Source: a virus | Taxonomy: Duplodnaviria; Caudoviricetes | Direction: 5' to 3' (one strand) | DNA length: 34,578 nt | Virus record (IMG/VR): IMGVR_UViG_3300034777_000230 | Location: 1-34,578 of that record | Shown: positions 27,141 through 34,518 of the stretch, in pieces | How positions within the stretch are numbered: the first letter of the stretch is position 1 | Layout: each line of letters opens with the position of its first letter | Translations under genes and position numbers: made by a program | The notes under the pieces: model-generated | The model's database searches: none | Told to the model about the DNA's origin: nothing | The model's input: the letters and a program-made list of their open reading frames with translations, nothing else

Positions 27141-27399
27141 TGATAACTCCATAGCTACGACATAGCTGGTTGCGCGTTGGAACGTGTTTGATGCTTTTAA
27201 CGATCTCTACGATCTCATCATATGTGCCATACAGGTAGGCAGATTTGAGCCGTGCGTTATGCATACTAACGTCATAATCGGTTGGGCCTGTGTTGCAGTC
27301 ACAAGCCTCTGTGATGGTTACACTGTCATCAAACCAGTTGTGTTGATGTGAATAGCTGATCATGCCGGTATCGCGGCATTCTTTGCAATTATAGCTCAT
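27133..27399 (-). CDS. hypothetical Zn-finger-like protein
   Basis: CKECRDTG...CDC; ATGA-coupled start at 27399. Confidence 0.65.
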   Translation of the reverse strand: MSYNCKECRDTGMISYSHQHNWFDDSVTITEACDCNTGPTDYDVSMHNARLKSAYLYGTYDEIVEIVKSIKHVPTRNQLCRSYGVIND

Positions 27400-27533
27400 T
27401 GGAATACTCCGACAAAAAAGAGGCCAATGAACAGCATGCCAAAGATACAAAGAGCGCCTATGACATCCCCAAGGATGCCAAGGCTGTTTTCCATATCGCG
27501 CATCAGAGCGCGTAGTTTATCAAGATGGGTCAT
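27396..27533 (-). CDS. 45-aa membrane protein (not in the ORF track)
   Basis: ATGA overlaps at both ends. Translates as MTHLDKLRALMRDMENSLGILGDVIGALCIFGMLFIGLFFVGVFQ. Confidence 0.6.
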   Translation of the reverse strand: MTHLDKLRALMRDMENSLGILGDVIGALCIFGMLFIGLFFVGVFQ

Positions 27534-27928
27534 TGTTTTGGCTCCCCTACTCTTGCAACAACAATCGTGTTCCCATCTTGGTCTTTCGCAAATCGATCTG
27601 GATCATCAAGGCCGTAGGTTTCTCCTTCCATAGCCTTAACCATGTCCGAGCCTTCGCTGATCCACTCATCCAGCGTCATGTGATTTAGCTGATGTACGTT
27701 GACGCTATGTTGCGCCCAATCAGCGCCCTCTGGACGATCCTCACCATCCAAGTGCGGGTGCGTGTCATAGGTAAACAGAAAATAATTACCCGCATCTGTT
27801 AAAACCTTTTCGAGGCTTAAATGCTTGCATCCAATTGCCTTGAGAATTTGAGCGCGAGTGATGCGCTCTGGTTTTTGCACTCTGATGCTGAAAATGTCGG
27901 GATCAAAATTGTAAACTGTATCGCTCAT
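27530..27928 (-). CDS. hypothetical protein
   Basis: GGAG SD and ATGA overlap at 27928. Confidence 0.7.
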   Translation of the reverse strand: MSDTVYNFDPDIFSIRVQKPERITRAQILKAIGCKHLSLEKVLTDAGNYFLFTYDTHPHLDGEDRPEGADWAQHSVNVHQLNHMTLDEWISEGSDMVKAMEGETYGLDDPDRFAKDQDGNTIVVARVGEPKQ

Positions 27929-28122
27929 GCGGTTTCTCCATCTATCCAAGACTTGCATTCTGCCTCAGTCGCAAATGACGCAACCATCAAAGGAACGGTG
28001 CCAAGACTCCATTCCTCAAATTTATTAGGATCTATGATCTGCCAGATTACACCAGCAGCATCATAACTCTTGTGCAAAAAGTTCCCATGCAGGGCTTCAA
28101 GTTTATAACCTTTATAATTCAT
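27925..28122 (-). CDS. hypothetical protein, first gene of a leftward operon
   Basis: Strong SD GAGGAG. Confidence 0.7.
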   Translation of the reverse strand: MNYKGYKLEALHGNFLHKSYDAAGVIWQIIDPNKFEEWSLGTVPLMVASFATEAECKSWIDGETA

Positions 28123-28148
28123 ATCAATCTCCTCATTTGATAATAGAT

Positions 28149-28177
28149 AGCCTAATCTATAAATTTGATAATTGCAA
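28149..28177 (-). promoter_or_regulatory. candidate leftward sigma70 promoter
   Basis: Minus strand TTGCAA-17-TAGGCT in an AT-rich divergent gap. Confidence 0.55.
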
Positions 28178-28195
28178 TAGCTAATCTAGGCTACT

Positions 28196-28223
28196 TTGAC
28201 ATAATATAAATAATTGATATGGT
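28196..28223 (+). promoter_or_regulatory. candidate rightward promoter for rusA
   Basis: TTGACA-16-TATGGT with an extended TG. Confidence 0.55.
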
Positions 28224-28229
28224 CACGCC

Positions 28230-28670
28230 ATGTATAAGGTAGAAATAGAAGTGTCAGGACAGCCGCAGGGCAAGGCCAGACCACGCTTCACCAAGTTTGG
28301 CAGGGCATATACCCCAGCGAAAACGAAGCTTTATGAGCAGCGCATACAAGCAGCGGCATGGTCTGTTATGAAGCAATATGACCTAGAGCCAACTGACAGG
28401 CCCGTTCATGTAGACATCATAGCCTTTATGGATATTCCTAAAAGCTGGTCAAAGACCAAGAGACTAGAAGCGGAATACAATGCCCTTCGACATACTACCA
28501 AACCGGATTTAGATAATATTTGTAAAGCGGCGCTTGATGGCATTTCTTGCGCTGCTGGTGGGGGGCCAGTTATTTTAGATGACAAACAGGTTCACAGCAT
28601 CAAAGCCAGAAAAGTGTATTGTCATCCTGATAGAGGGCCAGTTCTCTATATTTCGGTTGCATGGGAATAG
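28230..28670 (+). CDS. rusA: RusA family Holliday junction resolvase
   Basis: GKARPRF...YTP, KPDLDNICKAALDG and DDKQV motifs. Confidence 0.9.
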   Translation: MYKVEIEVSGQPQGKARPRFTKFGRAYTPAKTKLYEQRIQAAAWSVMKQYDLEPTDRPVHVDIIAFMDIPKSWSKTKRLEAEYNALRHTTKPDLDNICKAALDGISCAAGGGPVILDDKQVHSIKARKVYCHPDRGPVLYISVAWE

Positions 28671-28972
28671 CTGTAATCTGGCCCATACGTTTCACGCCAC
28701 AGCTTCGGCTCACGATGGAGCGCGATTTTGGATGTGTCAAAAAGACCCTGATGATGCCCTTCACATAACGGGATACAGCTTAGATCTGAACGCTTGCTAG
28801 TTCCAAACCTATCGTGGATTGGATGATGGGCTTGCGTGGGGCTGCGCTGCACTTCACCAAACGCCTCACAGATGCAGCAATTTTGCTGGCGTATCCATGC
28901 AAGGAACTTGATGCTTTTCTTATCCTTAGGAGCCTTGAGGCCCAGCGGCGGCTTATTTGCTAAGTTGGTCAT
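28646..28972 (-). CDS. putative HNH-like Zn-binding nuclease (DUF968/Ref-like)
   Basis: FLAWIRQQNCCIC...AHH...CIPLCEGHH. Confidence 0.65.
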   Translation of the reverse strand: MTNLANKPPLGLKAPKDKKSIKFLAWIRQQNCCICEAFGEVQRSPTQAHHPIHDRFGTSKRSDLSCIPLCEGHHQGLFDTSKIALHREPKLWRETYGPDYSYSHATEI

Positions 28973-29378
28973 ATGTTGGATCGTATCCTATTGCTTCTGA
29001 TAGCTTGCTCATAGCGGCCTCAAAGAAATCCATAAATTCTTTCTGATCCATCTTATCAAATGCAATGCTATCTGGAACATAATAAATCTGGCCCGTTACG
29101 CCGTTTATAATGCTCTTGTAATAGCCGCAAAGCATTTTCAAATCGTTGTGCAAGTGATCCTTTGTTGCCCACTTCCCTGTGGCCTTTACAACGCCTGTGA
29201 GCGTAGCCCAATAGAAAGCGTGATGCGGATTGGAGCGATTGGCAACTGGCTTCAAATCGAATAGCTGCCCTTCGCTGTAATCTTCCATCATATACGCAAC
29301 GTGCTTACTGACAGGTTCTAAAGCTCCGCTGCGCATAGTGACTTGCAAATGTGGATGATCAGAACGGGATTTCATCAT
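28953..29378 (-). CDS. NinB/DUF1367-like recombination-associated protein
   Basis: RSNPHHAFYW...SIAFDKMDQKEFMDFF. Confidence 0.6.
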   Translation of the reverse strand: MMKSRSDHPHLQVTMRSGALEPVSKHVAYMMEDYSEGQLFDLKPVANRSNPHHAFYWATLTGVVKATGKWATKDHLHNDLKMLCGYYKSIINGVTGQIYYVPDSIAFDKMDQKEFMDFFEAAMSKLSEAIGYDPTYDQLSK

Positions 29379-29718
29379 CTACATCGCTTTGAAGTGCATC
29401 GTGTTCTTGATGCTGCACTTCTTCTCTTGCCTTACCGCCAAGCAACGTCACAGCAGAAGCGCGAATATCCAGATAAGGCTTGTCGTTATAGATCCGCATG
29501 GAAAACTCACCAGAGACAGAAATCTTGATGCCCTTCTTTACATAGCTCACGATGGCTTGCGCTGCCTTGCCCCAATAGGCGCAGTCAAAATATAGGACGC
29601 TTTTATTTGCTCCATATCCATCTTGAACAGCAACAGAGAACTTTAATACGGGTGTGCCTTTATGCTCACGCAATTCTGCATCTCTGGTCACGTTACCAGC
29701 AATTACAATATTCTTCAT
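29359..29718 (-). CDS. ssb: single-stranded DNA-binding protein
   Basis: IAGNVTRDAELR OB-fold start; C-terminal DDEIPF. Confidence 0.93.
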   Translation of the reverse strand: MKNIVIAGNVTRDAELREHKGTPVLKFSVAVQDGYGANKSVLYFDCAYWGKAAQAIVSYVKKGIKISVSGEFSMRIYNDKPYLDIRASAVTLLGGKAREEVQHQEHDALQSDVDDEIPF

Positions 29719-30293
29719 TTCATTAACTCCAATTTGCGGTTGTTGTGAGCATAGAACAGCGTATCATACTGCTCGCTTGTCAGACCGACATGCTCTATTA
29801 ATTTTTTAAATCTGGCCTCATTGGCCGCGAACTTCTCAGCATCACAATTCTTGTAAAACTCAATGGCTGCATCAATTCTGGCGTTCAAATCAAGCTCCAT
29901 CGATGGGCCTTTTTTATTTGCCACGGCTGCATTGCCATCATCATCTTCTGGCGCAATCCCTGCTAATCCCAGCAAACCATAACGCCTTGCGTATGTAATC
30001 GCAGAGCCAAGACCCTGCATATCGTTTTTGCCCAGCACCAAATAAACCTTGCTGTCAAATGTATCACCAGATGAATGCAGAAGCTTTGTTTCTACAAAAT
30101 GGCCTTCGGCGTCCTTATCGTTGCGCTGTAGTACAGCAAACCCATTAGCATGGAATGCACCCATCGTGGCGTTTACCACTGCTTCAAGGTCAGCATATTT
30201 GCTTTTGAAGTGCGGGTTTTTACTGTTCTTTACGGCTGATCCCATTTCACTCTGTGCTTTTAGCAATGCTTTGATTGCTTCAATCATTTTCAC
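29715..30293 (-). CDS. erf: ERF family single-strand annealing protein
   Basis: NPHFKSKYADL and QGLGSAITYARRYGL...EDDDGN. Start is GTG 30293 or ATG 30287. Confidence 0.92.
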   Translation of the reverse strand: MKMIEAIKALLKAQSEMGSAVKNSKNPHFKSKYADLEAVVNATMGAFHANGFAVLQRNDKDAEGHFVETKLLHSSGDTFDSKVYLVLGKNDMQGLGSAITYARRYGLLGLAGIAPEDDDGNAAVANKKGPSMELDLNARIDAAIEFYKNCDAEKFAANEARFKKLIEHVGLTSEQYDTLFYAHNNRKLELMK

Positions 30294-30456
30294 TCTCCCT
30301 TTTGTGTTCCTGATGTGCTGCTTTTATTCCCACATCAACGGCATCCATCATTGAGAGAACAGCATAGCTTTCAATATTCCTCTCAGTTGCTATGGCAACC
30401 ATTGCTTTAAATACATGTCCTTTTATGGACAGTGGAGTAGGGTGTTTGTGTAGCAT
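30280..30456 (-). CDS. 58-aa hypothetical protein (not in the ORF track)
   Basis: SD GAGGAG. Translates as MLHKHPTPLSIKGHVFKAMVAIATERNIESYAVLSMMDAVDVGIKAAHQEHKRESEND. Confidence 0.65.
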   Translation of the reverse strand: MLHKHPTPLSIKGHVFKAMVAIATERNIESYAVLSMMDAVDVGIKAAHQEHKRESEND

Positions 30457-30545
30457 GTAATCTCCTCTTTAGTGAATTACTCTTTACATGATCTTATTTG
30501 TCGCGTAAAGACTGATTATCAATTTTGTCACTAAGGTTATGAATA

Positions 30546-30743
30546 ATGGAAAATCGCAATATATTATCACTTAACAGAATGCGTGAGATGTTAGCGGATC
30601 GCAACATTTCATCAGTGTCTAGGAACACTGGCATCAATCGGGTCACGCTGTCGCAAATAATGAACGGCACAACTGATCCTAAATACTCCACTATGGAGCG
30701 GCTATCTAACTATTTGGAGGAAAAACATGGACAGCCAGAATAA
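30546..30743 (+). CDS. Cro/XRE-family HTH regulator
   Basis: ISSVSRNTGINRVTLSQIMNGTTDPKYSTMERL; first gene of the rightward unit. Confidence 0.85.
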   Translation: MENRNILSLNRMREMLADRNISSVSRNTGINRVTLSQIMNGTTDPKYSTMERLSNYLEEKHGQPE

Positions 30744-30939
30744 TCAACTATTGCAGTATCTGCGTGACCACAGACGCATCCAGCCAATGACAGCTTTGCG
30801 CCAGCTTGGGATATACCGGCTGGCCGCAAGGATCAAAGATTTGCGCGATGAAGGCCATGAAATCATCACTGATCGTGTCGGTGAAAAGCGGATAGCGGAA
30901 TATACGTTGATCAAAGAAAAAACCCCCAGCGTGAACTGA
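30727..30939 (+). CDS. winged-helix DNA-binding protein
   Basis: IQPMTALRQLGIYRLAARIKDLRDEGHEIIT; SD GGAGG. Confidence 0.8.
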   Translation: MDSQNNQLLQYLRDHRRIQPMTALRQLGIYRLAARIKDLRDEGHEIITDRVGEKRIAEYTLIKEKTPSVN

Positions 30940-30942
30940 GGG
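30917..30942 (-). terminator. antisense intrinsic terminator (OOP-like position)
   Basis: Minus strand CCCTCAG-TTCACG-CTGGGGG-TTTTTT, overlapping the 3' end of 30727-30939. Confidence 0.65.
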
Positions 30943-31034
30943 CTTTAGTAGAAAAAGGTATTGCGTTATACTGATTGGGCTAAAAGTAACGCGGGGTCAT
31001 AGTAGCTGACCTCGCCCTTAATGGAAAGGGAAAA

Positions 31035-31688
31035 ATGAGCGTAGAAGCGTTGCACTGGGCATTATCTCAGAGAAAACTTAAACCGTCAGCTTGGATTGTA
31101 CTTATTAAGCTGGCTGATCGTCATAATCCAGATTTCGGATGCTTCCCAAGCACACAGAGGATCGCAGAGGATTGTAACATGTCTCGCATGTCGGTCACTA
31201 GGCATCTGAACGAACTGGAACTGATGGGCCTAATACGGCGTGAGAACAGGGAAAAAGAAACGGGTGAAAAGACATCAAACATGTATCATCTTAGCTTCAA
31301 AACCGATGTAACAAATTGTGACATAGGTAGTAACAAATTGATGCAACCCCATGTAACAAATTGTGGCAGTAATCTAGTAAGTAATAATCTTGTAAGTATA
31401 AAAGATAATATACCTCAATTTGATGAATTTTGGGAAGCTTACCCAAAGAAGATGGCAAAGGGGCAGGCAAGGAAGGCTTGGGCTAAGGCTATCAAGGCAG
31501 ACACACCGCAGAAGATCATAGATGCTGCTGTAGCCTATGCAATTTCGCAGCAAGGCAAAGACAAGCAATTCATCCCATACCCAGCCTCATGGCTTAATGC
31601 TGAGAGATGGAGAGATGAACCGGAGCCGCAAAAGGATGAGATGTTGAACGTGGCTGCTATGTTTCTGAAGGGAGAGATCAATGGATAG
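31035..31688 (+). CDS. replication initiator (N-terminal HTH, lambda O position)
   Basis: CFPSTQRIAEDC HTH; C-terminal FDEFWEAYPKK and IPYPASWLNAERWRDE; internal iterons. Confidence 0.85.
   Translation: MSVEALHWALSQRKLKPSAWIVLIKLADRHNPDFGCFPSTQRIAEDCNMSRMSVTRHLNELELMGLIRRENREKETGEKTSNMYHLSFKTDVTNCDIGSNKLMQPHVTNCGSNLVSNNLVSIKDNIPQFDEFWEAYPKKMAKGQARKAWAKAIKADTPQKIIDAAVAYAISQQGKDKQFIPYPASWLNAERWRDEPEPQKDEMLNVAAMFLKGEING
31306..31398 (+). repeat. iterons / putative replication origin
   Basis: GTAACAAATTG at 31308, 31330 and 31353 (22-23 nt period), then TAATCT(A/T)GTAAGTA twice in AT-rich sequence. Confidence 0.75.
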
Positions 31689-32148
31689 GAATGGATTTCT
31701 GAAGGAAAGGCTTTCTAACTTTCTACAGCGTTTAAACCCACCCAGAGCCATGCAGAGCAACGCAGAGGCGCAAAAAGAAGAAATAACGGATCTTTATAAC
31801 CGTCTGGCAAAGCTCGCTCCTAGTAAGGGCTATAACGATTGGTGGAGGGATTTCACTGAGCATCTTCTAAGCAATGCTATCGCAAGGACATGGCCCACGA
31901 TTAAGGAAATGAATGAGGCGGCAAGGGCCATAGCTCCAAAGCGTCCAGAGTTTCGTGATCTTACCAATGAGCCAGCATGGTCACCAGACCCCTATAAGAT
32001 TAACGCACAGCGCATTAAGAACATGCAGCCCGTCGGAGAGGAGTGGATAAGCGGAAAGCAATCAGAGCAGCTAATCAGCAGGGGCTTGATTGAGGAAACT
32101 GATCTTGATCCTTATCGCACTTACTTAGCTCATAGCACACATTATTGA
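31681..32148 (+). CDS. hypothetical protein at the helicase-loader (lambda P) position
   Basis: Coupled to the initiator gene; RTWPTIKEM motif. Function is inferred from synteny only. Confidence 0.6.
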   Translation: MDRNGFLKERLSNFLQRLNPPRAMQSNAEAQKEEITDLYNRLAKLAPSKGYNDWWRDFTEHLLSNAIARTWPTIKEMNEAARAIAPKRPEFRDLTNEPAWSPDPYKINAQRIKNMQPVGEEWISGKQSEQLISRGLIEETDLDPYRTYLAHSTHY

Positions 32149-32213
32149 AAAAGTCGTTTGACAGTTTATATGAAATCTGCTCATCTGGCATTCCATTGAA
32201 AAAGGAGATTGCG

Positions 32214-33230
32214 ATGTCAATCATTAAACAAATCAGCCTGAGCAAGGTTGATCCAAACCCGTACCGGATGCTTGGAGATTATCCATATAGCGAGGAAAAG
32301 CTGTCTGTGTTGGTTCGCAGCATCAAAGATGTTGGCCTGTGGGAGGGCGTTATTGGGCGTGAGAAGGGTGATCGTGTAGAGATTGCATTTGGTCATCACA
32401 GAATAGAGGCGGCTAAACGTGCTGGCTTATCTGACGTTAATGTTGTTATTCGTGACTTATCTGATGACGATATGCTGCGCTTTATGGGTCGTGAGAACGG
32501 TGAAGATTACCGCACAGACTTTCTTGTGTTGCTTGAAACTTGGGAGGCGGCTGACTTGCAACTGCAGTCGCGCGACTGCAAATCATCAAAAGCTATTGAT
32601 ATTGCAGAGTTTTTGGGATGGACGCAGGACAGGCCCAGTGGCGGCGTTCAATTTAATCGTGCTTCGGACGCTTGCAACAGTGCTTACAACCTTATTAAAG
32701 GCAAATATCTTGAGCGGTCTGATCTTGAAAGCCTGACAGTGAATGAGGCCAGAGAGATTTGCACTAGAGCGCAAGCCAATATGAAGCGCCTCGATGCGAT
32801 GGGTAAGCAAGGAAATCGCAAGGCGTCTGAGATTGAAAAGTCAAAGAAGCAAGTAGCAAAGGCTGTTAAGGCAACCGCAAAGCAATCCAGAGAGGGCCAA
32901 GTAGCTCAAAGGGATCTTCGCAGCACATTGGATGTAAATACTTACCGATTGGCAAAAGAGGCTAAGGTTAAGGAGCCTTTATTTGCGCAGTTTGGCAATC
33001 AATTGGCTGATCGTATTTCTGCAATGCTCAATGAGGATGTCAACGCTGGAAAGCTGGAAAATATCATTGATGCGTTGGATATTATTGAGAATGAGCAAGA
33101 CCATGCTGTTGTCACATCTATCAAGGCTAACCTCAAAGGCTTGTCAGAGCGCTCTATGCGCTGGCGCAGCAAAATGAGCAAGGAAAAGGTGGTAGAATTA
33201 AAAGCAATAGAGGGAGGCGCTGATGTCTAA
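32214..33230 (+). CDS. ParB/Srx N-terminal domain protein
   Basis: VDPNPYR, SIKDVGL and IAFGHHRIEAA. ATG 32214 follows AAGGAG, with TTGACA at 32158. Confidence 0.8.
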   Translation: MSIIKQISLSKVDPNPYRMLGDYPYSEEKLSVLVRSIKDVGLWEGVIGREKGDRVEIAFGHHRIEAAKRAGLSDVNVVIRDLSDDDMLRFMGRENGEDYRTDFLVLLETWEAADLQLQSRDCKSSKAIDIAEFLGWTQDRPSGGVQFNRASDACNSAYNLIKGKYLERSDLESLTVNEAREICTRAQANMKRLDAMGKQGNRKASEIEKSKKQVAKAVKATAKQSREGQVAQRDLRSTLDVNTYRLAKEAKVKEPLFAQFGNQLADRISAMLNEDVNAGKLENIIDALDIIENEQDHAVVTSIKANLKGLSERSMRWRSKMSKEKVVELKAIEGGADV

Positions 33231-33702
33231 GCATTTACGAAGAGAAGCGGCACGAGCTTGCCCAATACATCAAACTGTTATGGAAACAGCAGCAGACCAG
33301 CTTTGCTTACATGGGGTTTTTGAGAAAGATGCAATACTTGATCAGCTTAACCTAAAGGCAATGTCTGATGCTATCCGTTGGGATTACATAAGGGATTTCT
33401 TGCAACAGGAACAGGGATGTGAGCTTGTTCCATTAGCAAGTGTTTATTTTAAAAGACATCAAAGGCACGATGAGATAGCAAACCCATCAAGGTATATTGC
33501 TGGCGGTCATGGCAAAAAAACTGCTGGATATGCAGCTATAACATCAAGAAATGATCATCTTGTAGTGGCAAAGATAAAGATCAAACACGCCATCAGTAAC
33601 GGGGTTGGCGAAGCATTTAGGAATTATTTACAAGCGGCTGAAGATAAGCGGGTTGGAAGTGGCCTAACGCCTTTGCAAATAAGTGTAGATAAAGCCTCAT
33701 AG
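33223..33702 (+). CDS. hypothetical protein
   Basis: SD GGAGG; overlaps the stop of the ParB-domain gene. Confidence 0.75.
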   Translation: MSKHLRREAARACPIHQTVMETAADQLCLHGVFEKDAILDQLNLKAMSDAIRWDYIRDFLQQEQGCELVPLASVYFKRHQRHDEIANPSRYIAGGHGKKTAGYAAITSRNDHLVVAKIKIKHAISNGVGEAFRNYLQAAEDKRVGSGLTPLQISVDKAS

Positions 33703-33719
33703 CAATGCTAACATGTGAT

Positions 33720-33789
33720 CATTCATATAGACCCTTTCTTTTGAATTGATCTGCTCAACTAGCCCCGCCTTGATTGGTGGGGTTTTTTT
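33720..33789 (+). ncRNA. candidate sRNA B
   Basis: TAGATA(33686)-17-TAACAT(33709) with an extended TG; ends in the twin terminator. The 5' part is complementary to an RBS-ATG-like sequence. Confidence 0.4.
33761..33789 (+). terminator. intrinsic terminator (twin of 26011-26039)
   Basis: AGCCCCGCCTTGATTGGTGGGGTTTTTTT. Confidence 0.88.
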
Positions 33790-33804
33790 CATTAGGATAG
33801 GCAC

Positions 33805-34518
33805 ATGCCAGTAAGTTTGAACTTTCAATCTAATACAAAGCAAATTGAGGCCCGCATGGCTAACCTTGCGCTCAAGCAGATCCCATTTGCAACGGCCAAG
33901 GCACTGACGCTCACAGCAAAAGAATTGGTTAATAAGAACGAAAGAGACACAGCGCAAATCTTTAACAGCCCAACTAATTGGACTGTAAAAGCATTCAGGT
34001 TCATCCCAGCTAAAAAGGATAACCCCAGAACATTCATCTTGCGCAAGGACAGGCCCGCGACAACAAACGTGCCACGCAGCAAGCAAAACTATCTGGAGGA
34101 TTTGCAAACAGGCGGTGGGCGTAAGCCTAAAGCCTTTGAGGGCGCACTGAGTGCAAAGGCGAAAGGTGCAAACAAATTCCGATATGCCACACCCACAAGA
34201 AGCAGCAGACTTAACAAAGCCGGTAACATCAGCCGCAATGCCATCGATAAGATATTAGCGGAGACAGGGGTATCAGGCTCAAAGCTATTCATACCCAGAT
34301 CAGACAGTGGCCTAGCACTCAAAGGCGGTGACGGTGTATTCCAACGAATGGCAAGGGGCAAGGTTAAGAAGCTTCTGCACCTAACCAATGCTACACCAAA
34401 CTATAGAAAGACATTTAACTTCTATGGACGTATGCAAAAATACGGAAGATCAAAGTTCCCCAAGATATTCCAGCGTGAGTTCAGGGCCGCCATCCTTAGC
34501 AGCAAGCGGGTAAGATGA
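33805..34518 (+). CDS. tail completion-like protein (gpZ / neck-type), displaced from the tail cluster
   Basis: Basic protein with N-terminal KQIPFATAKALTLTA and C-terminal PNYRKTFNFY...FQREFRAAI. No equivalent gene lies between 8620 and 9377. Confidence 0.65.
   Translation: MPVSLNFQSNTKQIEARMANLALKQIPFATAKALTLTAKELVNKNERDTAQIFNSPTNWTVKAFRFIPAKKDNPRTFILRKDRPATTNVPRSKQNYLEDLQTGGGRKPKAFEGALSAKAKGANKFRYATPTRSSRLNKAGNISRNAIDKILAETGVSGSKLFIPRSDSGLALKGGDGVFQRMARGKVKKLLHLTNATPNYRKTFNFYGRMQKYGRSKFPKIFQREFRAAILSSKRVR

Noticed and set aside
30481-30511. Inverted repeat TCTTTAC-N17-GTAAAGA as an operator or symmetric promoter pair
   Set aside because: Plausibly regulatory given its position, but only 7-bp arms, a single copy and a poor -10; not supportable as a feature.
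32214-33230. ParABS plasmid-prophage partition system
   Set aside because: No ParA/SopA ATPase or parS array was recognised in the window.
33697-34107. Minus-strand 136-aa ORF and its terminal mini-ORF MNDHMLALL with an SD-like sequence
   Set aside because: Antisense to the gpZ-like gene and crosses the terminator. The SD-like string is better explained as the complement of candidate sRNA B, though a peptide is not excluded.
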